Below, piece after piece: positions 1 to 14,260 of a stretch of DNA of 64,000 nucleotides. The notes beneath the pieces were generated by a model, which searched no databases, was not told the origin of the DNA, and saw nothing but the letters and a program-made list of their open reading frames with translations. Positions within the stretch are counted from its first letter, which is position 1. The number at the start of each line of letters is the position of its first letter. The position numbers and the translations under genes were made by a program. Source of the stretch: Daphnia carinata (lineage: Eukaryota); the NCBI RefSeq assembly GCF_022539665.2, contig NC_081331.1, forward strand, positions 1,302,001-1,366,000, read 5' to 3'.

Positions 1-1088
1 GTTCTAATTCCTGTAATTGGTTTCTCTCAGATTCACCTGATTTACTGTTATTCGACAGTCAAAAGCTCGTCGTTATAAACGAGACTATGATACGCACACA
101 CATACGCGCTAGTTAATCAGTCTTACAATTACGCCAGACAGACCAACATCTACGTGCCATGGCTTCTGTCTGTTGTCTTAGACGTCGTGTTGGGGGTCTA
201 AACAGGAAAAAGGTGCGGATATAACTGGAGCTGTTATGGCAGGAAAAGACGAAACAAAATATATATATATAAGAAAAATTGAAAGAAAGAACGTTCAAGT
301 TTTTCGGCTACACACGCACACACTGCCATTGCCTCTGCTAGCCGAAATATATAAATGTCAATATGGCTGTTGCTGCCCTGGCGCCTTGGTATAAATACAC
401 GACGGCCATAGAGCAGCCCACATGGATAGTTAGTTATAGTTAGTTAGCCTATACTTCACGAGCGGAAAGGTGATGACACGACTGCATCTTCTTCCCCCCT
501 TTTTATTTATTTTTTTTTTTTTTCGTTCTTAAAGGACCTTCTGATTTTTGTGGATGGACGGCGGTGGCGTCCGATATGGACGCGTGTGAGGCTTGCTAAT
601 AATAAGACAACACGCATCAACTATCAGCCGCATCCCTAACTGGCGTTCCTCGCTCTTGACGACAGCGCCATATCTTTTTCTTTGCATCTTGACCCTGTCT
701 TTTGTTTAGGCAAACCTCACACAATTCATATGTATGTGTATTGCATCTGAAGCGCGCCTACAGATTGCCTAATCAGCTGTTTGATGTGGATTGATTGAAT
801 CGCAAGATAAGACGGCAGGGAGGGTAGGTAGGTAAACTTAAAACGAAGGCAACCTGTCGGTTGAGTGGGTTACACACAAGCCGTGATTGTAATGAATATT
901 ACCGACAATGGTTGCGTCGTCGTGATAGGCCACGAATTCATCAAAGCATTCGTCAATGTCGATTTTAAAAGGTTCCGCTATGCTAATCGCTTTTTAAAAA
1001 GGAAAATATTTAAATAGCACGTGGAAGGCAAGAAGAAAAAAAGAAATGTGATTGTTCAAAGGTTGAAGCAACAAAAAGATGTGCTTAC

Positions 1089-1344
1089 CTAACGACGGCC
1101 TGTTGTCAGTGTTGCTGGGATTGCGGACAATACGCAGGGCCTGTTGCTGTTGTGTTTGCTGGGAAATTACATTATTAGTAGCCAGGGCGACGCTGCGATT
1201 GCCCTTCTCGTCGTTGTGATGATGATGGTTGTCGGGCAGCACGGTGGTCACGTTGTTCGGCGGTGATGAATTGGCCGATGATGAATGCCGTCTCTGGCGG
1301 TGGCTGCCGCCACCGAGAGGCAGTTGACTCGTAGCGCAACCCAT
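1089..1344 (-). CDS. First coding exon of an unidentified protein with an N-terminal MGC lipidation motif; gene continues beyond the left edge of the window
   Basis: ATG at 1344 opens MGCATSQLPLGGGSHRQRRHSSSANSS...NRPSL. The exon is GC-richer than its flanks and ends at a strong donor TTAG|gtaagc (1089/1088, phase 1). Gly2, Cys3 and Ser6 fit N-myristoylation/palmitoylation. The family is not recognised. Confidence 0.65.
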
Positions 1345-3782
1345 AATTTCTTCCTTTCTTCGTCACTTTTGCACGGCACTGCACACAATAGCACTGTACA
1401 CTCGAGGTTCACGTAGTGGCATCAATAAAAAAAAACACTTGATGAGCTCGGCTGGAACCCCTGTCCGATTTGTCACTCACGTCACGCACCGTCCCCCTTC
1501 GTCTATTCGTTTTTTCTTTGCCTCTGTAATGAAGTTCAAACAATCCCCCGCCCTCCCTCACCTGGCCAGCAACACAAAATCCCCGCGTTGGAGTTTTGCT
1601 GTTGAAAGTTTGTTTTTCTTTTGTGTGTGTGTTTTCTTGGTCAATATTCGAAAGGGGAAAAAGAAAAAAAAAAAAAAAGGGGAAGAGTCTGGTGAGCGAA
1701 TTTTGTGGGCTTTCCTATAGAATCCGGAACGATCCGCTTACAACATCCTGGATGGAGGGGAGAAATAAAGATGACCGTACCACCATTGAGTAGTGAATAC
1801 ACGCGCTCGTCACAACCGAATGAAAATTCTTTTTTTTGCTTGGCTGGGTGGATTTTGTTTTGTTTGTTTTGTTCTTTGGTCGCCACAAACTCAAACTGTA
1901 CGTCTGTTTGTTGGCTATTGACACAATGGGTACGTCATGGAATTGACGGATCGGACGAAAGGCAAAAAGCGGAAGAAAAAAAAAGGAAATTGACAAGCAC
2001 CAATAGACAGTCAGCCGAGAAAATGTTGAAGTTCTTTAGATTGCCCCAGTCCTTTCAGTGAGCTTACTTTCACATGACGACGAACGACCAGCTTTGTGTG
2101 TCATCCAATCAGTTGACAACTATTTGTGCTCGTCCTTGTTGGATTCAAAGGGACAGGCAAGTATTTAAAAAAAAAAAAAGAAGGGGTAGGATATGTAGGG
2201 GGATGTCAAATCAACTACTGGTGAAGTGGCAGTGAGGAGATCAATCAAGTGGAGTCCACACCGAATGAATAAGAAGAAAGAGTCATCTTTGGCTTCGTGC
2301 TGATCCGATCGCCATCAAACACCTGTTTTTCTGCACCACCAAATACAAACAAAACAAAGCCAAGTTTAGTCAACTGAATTAATGATGACAGTCATTGAGC
2401 ATCGACACAGCATCAACAAAAAGGTCTTGTTTAATATTCAGTGCTATCACGGTAACGAATGAAAATCAAATTTGTTAACCAAAAAAAAAAAAAATAAATA
2501 AAAGGAAGAAAAAAAAAATAGTTCAAACACTTCAGATTTTTATGGCTATATGTTCCAAGGTTACACTCCCGCCCGTCTCTTATTCCCTATTCGGCGCGTT
2601 CGTCGTTTTTCGTCGCCGTGCAGAAACAATGTCGTGTTTTTATTACGTCCAACATTACCGGGCATTAACCAGCTAGGATGCGAAGCGCATCAAACTTGGT
2701 CGACGCGCTGACGTCAGGACGTGACACCGGACAGAATTCGCTTTGACTGGCTGAGACTAGCGTTCGCTAGTCTCCAAGTTCAACTGAGACACTTTCTCTT
2801 CCATTTTTCAGTTCTTTTCTTCTTTATTTTGATCCGCGTTCGTTTTAAACTTTTCTTTGGTTCGCTTCGCTTTATTTCGTTCTTTATCTTCGTCTTGCCC
2901 TTTTTGTTTCTGCGTTGTGAGCCAACGTTTGCTTGCCCGTCCGTTCAAAATTCTAAACAAACAAGAACGTTGAAACGATTTCATTTCGTTTCTTTTGTGT
3001 CTTTTATCTTCTCTTTTATGCGACGGGCTGTTTACATAACGCGGTACAAGTAAGCGACTGTCTGTGAAGACGGGTTTTTGATATCATTTCAGCCTCTCGG
3101 GGGTGACGATCTTTTTGTAGATTGTCCTCATCAGCCGCATTTTGGTTGAAACAAAAAGAATGGAAAACAGCCCAAAAATCAACGACCAAAGTGACAAACA
3201 AGGGCTGCTAGGTTTATGCAAGAAATGACGACACACGCGACTGCCAACCGTTCGCTTGATGGATTGTTGATTGGCATCCTCGTCGGCACGTTTGAGAAAC
3301 TACGACAAATATTGAGCAAGCCTCTACATCGCACGACGAGCAGGCTGGCTTGTCATATAGATACGCAGTCTCTGACATTTTAGTATCGCAATCTAACACA
3401 ACCAACCGATGCACGCAAGTGCATCGGTTGACGCAACAATGACGACATTCCTGAACATTGCTCTCTGATGTCTCTCCTTTGTGCATCTGTCTGCGTTGTG
3501 CAACGAAAAGGCCCATTTATGAAAACATTCAAGATAGATCTAAAAGTTTTGATTGGCTTAAGACTGCTTTGATTGGCTTCGTAGTTTCTGTACAAAGTTA
3601 AAATCGAATCAAAGTTTACCTTTTTTTTTTTTTTTATTTTATCAAACCTTTTAAATGGTCGACTTTTTTTTCTTTTCTAGTTTCAAAAGAAATTGAATAG
3701 AGGTGGGCAACAGCTGTGCCGGATTCTATGCGAGTTGCATGCCGACCCAGGATTCAGCGGCCCTCCAAGGATCACAGATATG

Positions 3783-3785
<3 letters not shown>

Positions 3786-3814
<29 letters not shown>
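3786..3814. repeat. (AC)n microsatellite
   Basis: Uninterrupted AC dinucleotide run. Confidence 0.95.
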
Positions 3815-3818
<4 letters not shown>

Positions 3819-5719
3819 AAAAAAAAAAGAAATCGATGTGATGCGATTCTCAGCAGACCTCCCTCAGTGTATCGTCTTATCCAATAAGTTGAATGTCGTG
3901 CCATTTGTTCCTCCCCAAAAGCTCTTTACTTTTTCTCCTATGACTATTGTTTTGTTAAAATGTGCGCGTCGTTCGTTTAAAAGAAAAAGGGAAAAGTTCC
4001 TCGTCCTACGTAACAGAGCAGTTCGCTTGAAAATATGTTTGGAAAGTGACGACAAAACGTCCCTTTTCTTTTTTGTTCTCTGAGCAAATATTTGAATTTC
4101 TTCCGAATTTGTTACGTTTGACAGTCACCTTAAAAACTACGTTTTTTTTTTTCTCCTCTCTCATGTATTGTTTGATTTTTGGAGACTTCGATCGTATCGA
4201 CTTGTCTATATTTTGATTGATCTCTCGAATTCTTCGTATGATTTTTAAAATAATATTTTTTCTGTTTTCCTTGTTTGCGTTTGTATTACATACGTTCTGC
4301 TTGTCCAGCACACACCTTATTCGATGACGGGTGGAGTTGTTAGGAAACACAGTTGAATGGCGAAGAGCTTTGTATGTACAAGAATTAATGCACCTGGCCC
4401 TTTTCTTCATATAGATCTTTTATCTCTCTCTCTCTCAGTCTCTTACGGTCTATTCAGCGAATTCGTCTTGTAAGAGAATTATGAGACATAATTGGTGCTG
4501 CTGTTGCCATGTGATGGATGTGCGTGAAAGAATGCAACCTTGCGCTCGTTCCTCTTTGTCTCCTTCAGTTATTCTGTATGAAATAATAAAAGAGTCTCCC
4601 AACAAAAAATTATAAATAAAAAAAAAAAAAACAGACGGCCGCTAGACACACAGAAAAAGTGAAATATTCGAAAGGAAAAAAACATTTTTTTTGGTCAACA
4701 AAAGATCAAAAACTAGCGATAATAAAAAACAGATGCGGTGCCCGCCTTTGCGTGTACGGGTTGCTCCCTGCCCTCGCCGATGTGTGTGTGTTAGATATAA
4801 TAGACAGTGTAATACATAACAAAGCAACACTGGCCCAGCATAATGCGAAATCTGTCTCATAATATTTTGTTCTATTATATAGAACTCTGTTTCGTGATGA
4901 CAACCATTGTAGCAGAAGGGCGAATAAAACAAGACTGGCAAGATGAAAGACGAGGGGAGTTGAACAAAAAATTTATGAAAATAAATACGAAATAAAAATA
5001 GAAACCACTTTGGGAGGGGTCGTGTACATATTATTTTTTTTTTCCTTGTCGGACGGCTCACGCTCACGCTGCTCGCTTTCAGCATTTTTTATCGATTGAT
5101 ATCAGAGAGTGTATAATACTCGCTGCTGTTGCTGACTGTTCGGTTTCTTTTTCGTACGCGTGTGGATTGGCTCCATAGGGAAAACGTGTAGAGCGGGGAC
5201 AGACGGAATGGAAGAGCGAGGGATGCAGATGAATAACACAATCATTAACGAGCGCAGCAAACAGAGTAGACACAGAGATAGAAATGCGCAGCAAAAGCGC
5301 CAATTTGCGAGAAGAAAGAACGAAATTTGCGTCTCTTTATCAATTTCATTTAGCCAGTTGACTTGTTTGCAATGAACCGTTCGCATGGAAACCGGAATGC
5401 TTTAATTCATTCTTTCGTCACGAAGCAGCGTCTGCTTTTGACTTCCCAATAATGAGCTATACAAACTTGCCTTTAGGATAATTTGAATAGTATGAGATTT
5501 TCCGATAATCGTTAATCCCGTCTCCTACGACCTCTGTACTAAGGCATTTACTGAAACACAAAGGGAAAAATTACGTAAGAACAAAAGACAACGAAAGTTG
5601 TTATAAGGACTTTTGATCTCGGAGAGAGAGAGAGCGTTCAATCAACGCGAAAAGCTTTCAGCAGGAACACACAACGACAGAACACACCCAGTGAGTAGCG
5701 CTGCAACGGCCACACTCTT

Positions 5720-5746
5720 TATATATATATATATATATATATATAT
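5720..5746. repeat. (TA)n microsatellite
   Basis: Uninterrupted TA run. Confidence 0.95.
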
Positions 5747-8700
5747 GTAGGCTATATACACCAGTTGGCCATGGTGTTTTGCCGATGTTCGATTTCTCTC
5801 CCGTATCGGAGGAACCAGACACCCCAAAACTGCTGTGTGCGTTTTCGGCTCGTGTGCCGATGTTCCCTCCAAAATGTACAGAAGTATTTTTTGTTGTTGT
5901 TTTGTTTTGTTTTCGTTTTGAAAATATAAAAAACCAATGCCCAGCCGTTTTCGGTTTCGCGTTTGCTATGCAGTCCGTCACCCACGTCGAGAAACGCACA
6001 CCCAAAAAGCTCAACTCTTTTCACATGTGAATCATTCAAAATGCGTACCGTCGCCATTCGCTGTCGCCCTTTTGTCCCCTTTTTCTTCGACATGTAATCT
6101 CCAAAAGTTGCCTTTTAAACAATTCGAATTAAAAGGACGTAAAGAAACGAAAAACAAAGATGGGCTATCTGAAAGAAACCCGATTTTTCAAATCAGTACC
6201 ATAAATCAAACAAAAGGCAATTGTTCAATTTTATTTTAGCCTTTTTTTTTAAACTTATGGGCATGCTCTTTTTTTCATCGAAATGTCAAGCAAAATTCCG
6301 AAAACAAAAGAATCGATTCATTAGTAACGTGTGACACTGGTCTACCAAGACCTTATAAAAACCTACAGAAGAATTCTTTTTTCTTCACCCAAAAAGACGC
6401 AATACAAGCATCTGGATGCAGACAATATATCGCACGATGATATCGTCCTTGTCTTCTGGCTGTCTATATACCCCCCCGACGAAAGTGAAACAGCAAGAAG
6501 GAAAAAGTAAAGGCTGGAATTGAAAAGAAACACAGGCAGAAGGCAAAAAAAAAAAAAAAAGGACGCTATTTGAAGAGATTCCCTTTTTTTTTTCCTTCTC
6601 ATTCTGCCAATATATATATAGTACATGTACAACTCGTGATAAACAGTCTCACAGAGCCAGAGGTCTATATCGTTCGATCGAAGGCCATGGTGTCTTTTGC
6701 TTTCTATTGGATATATCAAGTCACACACAGGATCGTTTGCCAGCGCTCCTGCTGCTATAGTCGTCCGTCTCGTTCCGAATATAAGGTTCACACAACCGAA
6801 AAGAGCCAGTCAGCCATATCAACCAACAGAGACCTAATTTTTCCCTTTGCCCCCCTTTTTCCTGTCCTGTCCTTTCTTTTCTCCCCTCAGTAAAGGTCAA
6901 TCAAATAAATAGTAGGAAGCTCTATTTGGTGTACAGGACTAGCCTAGAAAATATACCCCGAGTAGCAGTATATATCGTCCGCTCGGATGACTTTTCCCGA
7001 TAGTGTATCCTATATGCTTTTTTTTTTTTCGCAATTTTTTTGGCCGCGTTCCCGCGCAAGACACGGTAGCGTTCCTGCTGACGGCCATCGTTACGTCACA
7101 TTTACACAAAATCGGGAAGGAAAACATGTATGTGTCTATCTGTACATTACTATATAAGGTCTTGTCGAATACGTTGTTTTTCTATTCTTATTGAAACATT
7201 GTAGCAATACACTGTATTTGTAGGCTTCTTTTTTTTTTGTTTTTTTGTAAGCGTTGCGTATACTGGTGAAAGCGCATTGAACAGTTGCTAGTGTGAAAAG
7301 AAAATGGGTAACAAAACGAAAGAGAAAAAGTGTCCCTTCCTTATCGTGCAGCAGCCGATTATTGATTATTTGACGCGGGATTTCACACACACACACACAT
7401 ACACAGACAGACAGAGCCCAAAGCGTACAGTATTTTCTCGCACCCTGCCTTTCTCAGCTGTTTTGTCTCTACCAAACGTCTTTTTATTGGTCGCCGTGCG
7501 CGCCCCCCGACGGCCGGTGGCGTTCGTTCGGGACACACACATACACACACGGAGAAAGAGAGAGAGAGATAGGATAGAGATAGAGAGAAGGGGGGGGGGG
7601 GACGATGGCTATTGACCCATAGCCTTGGACCTACGATGTTGGCCTAGAGTGAACGGCTGCCAAGTAGAGAGAAACGGAATATGTGTAAACGAGAAGAAGA
7701 ATTTTTATGTTTTGACGAAAGAAAAGGCTCTTAGCTTCAGTAAACACACCTCGACTAATTTAAATAGGAGATCGCACTTCTTGCCTGTGACTAAAAGGTA
7801 AGCCCGTCATAATCATATAATCAGCTGATAAGTAGCTACAGGTGGATTCGGATTTTCTTACGTCTTTTTGTATTCACAAAAGGGAAATCAAGTGAAACGT
7901 CGGGAATCGTATTTTTTGTGCGGGGAAATGTAATTATCTTTACCTTGAATTGCCGTGAAGAAGACTGCCAGATTATATTGTACATGCTCAGCAGTTTAAT
8001 GACGAACGACGCAGAGAAAAGTAGGCAATTTGTTTTTGTTTCCTTTTTATCTTGCGTATAATATGACGCTGATTTTGCCGAAGAGAAGCACGTGCTGCAA
8101 CACAGCCGGAGCAGAACACAGCCAGCTTCAATTTTTTCTTTCTTTTTCCTTCTTTTTCCTGTGTTTTCGTTTGTGTCTGTCACTTGTTTGATCAACACAA
8201 CAATTGAAATCTTCAAACGAACACAGTCACCAAGATTCTTCTAGCCACTGAAATGTCCTTTTGCAACAACAACCGGCGATTAAGAAACGCATTTGCTGTC
8301 GACGACAAGATAAGCGTGTTCAAGTATCTTTTTGAACGATGAAAAAATGAACTAGGGAAGGAACTCGGGAAGAAAACAAAAATCAAAAATAAACAAAAAT
8401 AATAACAAAAGAAAATGGAAACAAAGTTGTAAGGGGCTATGGAACCCTCACACACATGCCGCGAAACACACGCACACATGCAAAGCGCACCGGTAACACC
8501 AACGTGGAAATCACGCCAAGACACAGCACCCGAAAGGTGTGCGCGTGTTTTCGTGACCGAAACTTGAGAACGACTGGCGTGAATAGGTGAGCGCTACCCG
8601 AAGAAAACGGGAGAGAAAAAGGAAGGAGCGGAAGGTTGGCGAACGACCGGCTCAAACTCACGTCTGTACAAACCATGGGTGTCATAGAGCAGCGGGAGGG

Positions 8701-11484
8701 GGGAAGGGGGAGGGAGAAGGAAGGGTGTGCGTGTGTGCTTAGTGTGTTATAGTGGAAAACTAAAGAGAGGCTGACTTAGTTTAAGGAAAGGCAAGCTAGC
8801 GCCTCCCGGCGGTCACGAGAAGAGCATAACGCAACCATCAACGATGTCGTTACAAGGCGGACATCAGGTGCGCAATATTAGGTAATGATGTTATCTTTTT
8901 TTTGCAATCTCAAAAAGTGTTGCTTGATAGTAATAAGGAAAATGGGGCTTTGATTCTTCTAGTTGATTCCATTTGAAAGGGGAAAAACCAGACAAGGTTA
9001 CATGCTACAATTTGAATGAAGCAGAGGGGAAGAACCTGTTCGCAACAGTAAAATGACATCAACAGAAACGTCATCAAGCTAATTGCAAGCGGTATTGACA
9101 GTAATAACAAATGTTTAGCAAGGATAGCCTTCTATTTAATCAGACTTTGGTATGTATTTGATGACAAAGGAAAAGCTTAAAAAAAATAAAAATAAAAGAA
9201 CGACTGGAAGCTCCCCGCAGGGCCCGTGTTTTTCCTTGGTACGAGTTGCGCACATCAAGTTTGTTATTGCTTTTATTGTGCAACCGATAGAGCATTGTTT
9301 GCTGGTGTTACTGTGTACAATACAAAAATCTATAAAAAGAATACAACAACTATAATCGCTATGATTTTCGATTTTTGGTTTTCTAACTTTCGAAATTGGC
9401 GCTACACAACGTCATCCTTTTTCTTTTCCCTTTCGATTTTACATCGTATCGTGTGTTCCTCCAGCAAAAACTTGCCGTCGTTTCGAAAATCGTCTTATTC
9501 GCTAACGAATCCATAATCCCAATAAGACAAAATTAAAACGCTATTGTATGCGAATAATTGACTCTATGATTACACTGCAATTTTAACTCCCGTAATTGGC
9601 ATGCTATACAATTATTCGACTGATTGGTAAAGGGCTGGCAAACAACTGTAGGTGGTGCATGCACGTCCAGGAAGGGAAACGATGATGGCCGCCCAAAAGG
9701 AGCCTTTTGCTGACAGTATAAATGCTACTATGAATAACGCAAATAAACACTCGTATTATTATGCCAGCGTTGATTGAAGAGAGCGGATTGCCGAGTTGCC
9801 TGATGCGGCTGATGGATGCGCTTCGGCCTTGGCCTAATACGGACGCCAATCATCGAGAGTAATCTCCATGTTTTTCTCTATGTAAAAGGAACATCAAGGA
9901 TAAAAGCAAACAAATAAATGCTCAGAAACGAAAAAGAATAGCTTTCTTTTTGTTTCTTTCGATGATAAACGTCCGTTTCCTTGTTCCTCGTCAGATCCCC
10001 AAATGGATAACAACAGCACGCTGATGAACTGTCCTATAAAAATGACACACTTAAGAGTCTTGTTGATTGGAAATTAGCCAATATCTTCCTTTGGATAATA
10101 GATATTTACACCGGCTAGGTCGCCGAAGATGTAATCGCTTGTCTCCTAATTCAAGTGGACGCCATCTGCAACTAACAAATTCAGAAGCCGAGTCCGATGG
10201 CGCATTAGAAGACACAAACGGGAGGGAATAAAATGAAAATGTATATATCATCACCAGCTTTTGGCCAGACCGACTGTTTGAGCCAAACAGACGCACAATT
10301 GAACAGCTGCATCTTTTTTTTCTCCCATTATTTATTTTCTCTCCAGAAATGCAGACTGATAACGTCGCTTCATACTTTTTATTGTTACAACTTAATCCCC
10401 TTTCCCACTTTTAAGCTTAGCGAACAGGTTAAACTTTTTCTCTTTTTTTTTTCTCCAGCCGCTAATGAAGAAGGACTGACGACATAACTATACCATACCC
10501 GGTTATCTCCTAACAATCTGAAGACAACGCTATATAGGCGAGATGATAAAGAAGAGATTGAAGTTGTTAATGTTATTTCGAATTACAATCGAATGGCATG
10601 TAACAAAAGTTTAGGGCCGGCTATTTGAACAACTGCGACTCAAAATCCGGATACAAGATATTTATAGGATACAAGGGATTATATGGGATTGTTCAGTGTT
10701 CCCAACTATTTAATTTTTTAAATTATTGGCCGCTGTTGTCCGTCAAGGATTTTCATAAGACGTTTCAACATTCTCGTCTCTACGACTCGGCAGATGGACA
10801 ATAAATTGCAACCAACATTTTGTTCGTTTTTTTTTTGTTAAAGACTCTTTTTGCCAGTTGTTTTATTGACGTGCATGTATGCAGTGAGTGTATTTTTGCT
10901 GACGTGCGGCAGCAGCAGCCAACGATAAAGAAAATGAAATCGTGAATAATGTGAACGTCTTCAAGCACCTTACGTCTCTTTGGTTGGATATTTGTTTTTG
11001 TGTTTTTTTTTCTTTTTCAAAAGTATGTTATACACATCCGCCTTTATGTATTTATGTCATTATTTACTGTCTACGTCAAGAAAATTTTGGCATTTTTTTT
11101 TTCCTTCCTTTTTCTTTTACTAAACGCAGACGGCAAAATCCTGTGGAAGGCGATAGCAACAAATTGTTTTATGGCAGGTGGTAAAAGACAGACTCGAAAA
11201 AAAAGTTTACGTTAGGTAATCGTCGCATTTTTATTGAAGCCAACCAGGAGGGGAAAAAGAAACACAAGAACAACAAAAACAAATAAAAAAAATGTGAAAA
11301 TTGAAACAAGTTGAGGCCAGCTGAGATGATGAAGAGATTTCACGTAAAAAGTGAAGGGTCATTTTTTTTTGCGCAACGCGCATCTATCGCAATGACGTCA
11401 AACATTTAAAAACCCTGAGATCTCTAAAATGTATGGAATATTTTTTTTTCTCTCCCATTTTTACGACCGTTTGCCGTTTCACGA

Positions 11485-12717
11485 TTAAATGAAATCGTAG
11501 CCAAAGAGCTTCAGTTGGCCGCCGAAAGGTAGCGTGAAGGAGAAGATGGGGAACGAGTAGAAGATGAAGCCCAAATAGGGCACGTAGGGTTCCAGCTCTT
11601 CAGCAACTTGCCGCGGTGACCGCTGGATGGAGGCAGAGCATGCGGAGTCCCCGGATATGCCCGTGGAGGAACCGTCCTTATGGTCGGCCATGTTGCATCC
11701 TCCACCGTCGGCTCCTCCCATCTTCTTGGCTTCCTCGGAGGGGACGGACGGCGCATCGCCGGTTGCTGGTGTTGCTGCAACAGCAGATTCATCGATTGCC
11801 TTTTGGCCATCAGTGACGGACAGCCGTGCGTCTGGAAACATATACACAAGCAAACGTGACATGAAAAGACGATAGATGACGTGCCGCCGTGAAATGAGAT
11901 TTCCGTCATCTTTGACGTGTGCAACGAAAGACTTTCCAACCAATATAAAAAATGCGAATACCATCACAGAGATTGAAGGAGAAATAAAAATCTGAAGTCG
12001 CTTTTTCTGTGTACTATGATCCCACCCCATAACAGAGACAATCCTGTTTGTGAGACGTATACATGAAGTCCATTGGGTTAACACGTCGAGCAATAGAGGA
12101 AGCCATTGACGTCCTATGTATTTTTGTCCGATATTCGTGTTTGACTTCTTTCGTGTCGGACCCACTTTCAGGGTAGATATACACAGAAAAAAAATGTGTT
12201 CATTTTCGAACATATTCGAGATGGAGATGAGGAATGATTATATAAGTGGGAGAGGGAGAAAAAGAACTGATTACCTCGTCGGAGTCGTCGGAGATTGTAC
12301 TCAATTTCAAGGATGTCCCACAGCCGCAGCAAAGGATTGTTGCCATGACGATTGGAGCGCTCTGTTTCTCCATGACTGGCCTTTTCATCTTTGTCGTCAT
12401 CTCTTATATTGAATAAAAAAATATTATCGATTTAAAAAATAAATTTCATTTCTGACCGAAATGAACCTGTAAAAAGTTTCGTAGAGAAAACGGGGGTCGT
12501 TGAGAACGAGTTGGGATTCGTTTTCTTCCTGGCGAACGTCCGCGGTGTTCGATCCGTGACGAATGCGACGTATGACTCCGATCACATTCCACGCGATTTC
12601 AGCAAAAGTCTCACCAATGTTAGATCCGCTGGTTGCCGACGAACAGGACGGAATGGAACATAAGCACATCAGAAAAATGACACATCTTGATGGCAAACGA
12701 GTTTTCCTTTTGCTCAT
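11485..12717 (-). CDS. Unrecognised small multi-exon protein with a predicted signal peptide and hydrophobic C-terminus
   Basis: Phase-consistent model: 12717-12467 (MSKRKTRLPSRCVIFLMCLCSIPSCSSA...), a 64-nt intron, 12402-12275 (DDDKDEK...LRRLRR, donor GAG|gtaatc), and 11831-11485 (acceptor ttccag|, DARLSVTDGQ...PYLGFIFYSFPIFSFTLPFGGQLKLFGYDFI*). Extra exonic sequence between about 11832 and 12170 is possible because that frame stays open. Confidence 0.5.
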
Positions 12718-14260
12718 CTTTGTCGAGTGTTACGCAGCGTATGACGGTTGGTGTATAGCTTTGTTGGATTTACTTATTCCTTTCTCTTTCTGTTCACTCT
12801 TTTTATTTACCCGCCTTCATTACCTTTTGCATCGTCGATGTGAGTGATAGGCTCTGTAAAGGAATCCATCATCGATATGTCGGCCAAGGCGAATGGTTGG
12901 TCTTTCGCGAATAATCTGGGACACAACAAGAACTTCGTCGTCCCTAATTGCAATTTGCGTTTACGTCTGACCTATTTGCAGTAATATTGCCATGAGAGTC
13001 ACGAAGCATCGGCCGTTATTCTACGTGGCTGCCTAATTTTTCAGCGATGCTTCTCAGAAAATCATGATTCGATTGGACGAGCGCAAAGGTTTTTAGCAAA
13101 TTCTCCTTTTAATTTGATTGGATGTCTGCGAAAGGCTTTTTCAGACGTGCTCTTCAACAAAGTGAGACGACGTCATCGTTATTCTAGCAGAACCGCAGCA
13201 AGTCTCCTGGAACCAAATTATCCAAGAATACTAACGAATCTTTTCTCCATAAATCGATGGCTTGCTCTTCATTATCCCTCCTCATTTGCAGTCCTTGGCT
13301 CGTTACATGATCCGCTGGTGGCTGGCACTTAACATATTTCCACGTTTTCCGTAGATGAAGAGAAAAATAAATAAATAAGAAATTTGGCTTTATGACAAAT
13401 TGCTGTCGTTGTTATACTCAACCTTCTATAGGATGATAATTGTTCTACTCATTGTTGTCATCTAGTACTTCCCTCCAGCGTGTAATCTACTACGAGGGCT
13501 GATATAGCCTGCCACTCTTTGATAGCTGGCTATCTATTTCAATCCCGTGAGACATTTTTCGGATATGGGTGACACTTGACACATTAGTAATGTGTTGGCA
13601 TTGACTGATTCGATATCATCAACGTAGGAGATGTACTTACATCATTTAGCATCTCCGTACTCGACTGTTTCTCAAGGGATTGCCGGGCTAATCGGTAGCT
13701 AAAGCGAACAATTCTTTTCGTGTGCCCATCAAGCTTATCGCTTAACAATGGTGTGATGTTCGTGTTAAACAGTAATGAAAATATTAAGTAAAAAATACTG
13801 ATATTAAAATCTATAGCGTCCCAGAATACATGTTGATATTGTAGTCATATGCAGTCATATGCGCTTAACTGCCATCGGGCATCATAGAGGATTATTCAAA
13901 AAAGATGGTAATATTGAAGGAAACATTTGAGCCCAAAATACTGTGCAATGCCTGCATAAATGCGCAAGTGTTCTATAGTCCAAAAGTTCGGTCGCGTCAA
14001 TGGTGCAGACAAGCACAAAATCTTGAAGGCCAACTCGAATGCGTGGAGAGGGAAAGAAGGTCGTAGCGTCTAAACCGTAAAGTCCCAACCTTTAGCTTTC
14101 CAGTAGAGCAGCCCTAGCATCTTATCGCTGGTGCTCAAGTGAAGATCAAGTCCGCTCGTCGTTCTTTGCTTGCAGTGGGGAAAAAAGGAGAATCAGGACG
14201 TTTGAAGCGAAAAATTCTTTTTACAAATGTTTAAGTATGAAACGCCATTTTACCCCCGTT

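Noticed and set aside
3548..3579. Tandem tttgattggctt (two CCAAT boxes 20 nt apart)
   Set aside because: No associated start site is identifiable. It could be a simple micro-duplication.
1400..11400. Numerous 60-150 aa ORFs rich in F, K or C
   Set aside because: Products of poly-A/T and dinucleotide runs, with no recognisable domains or consistent exon chain.
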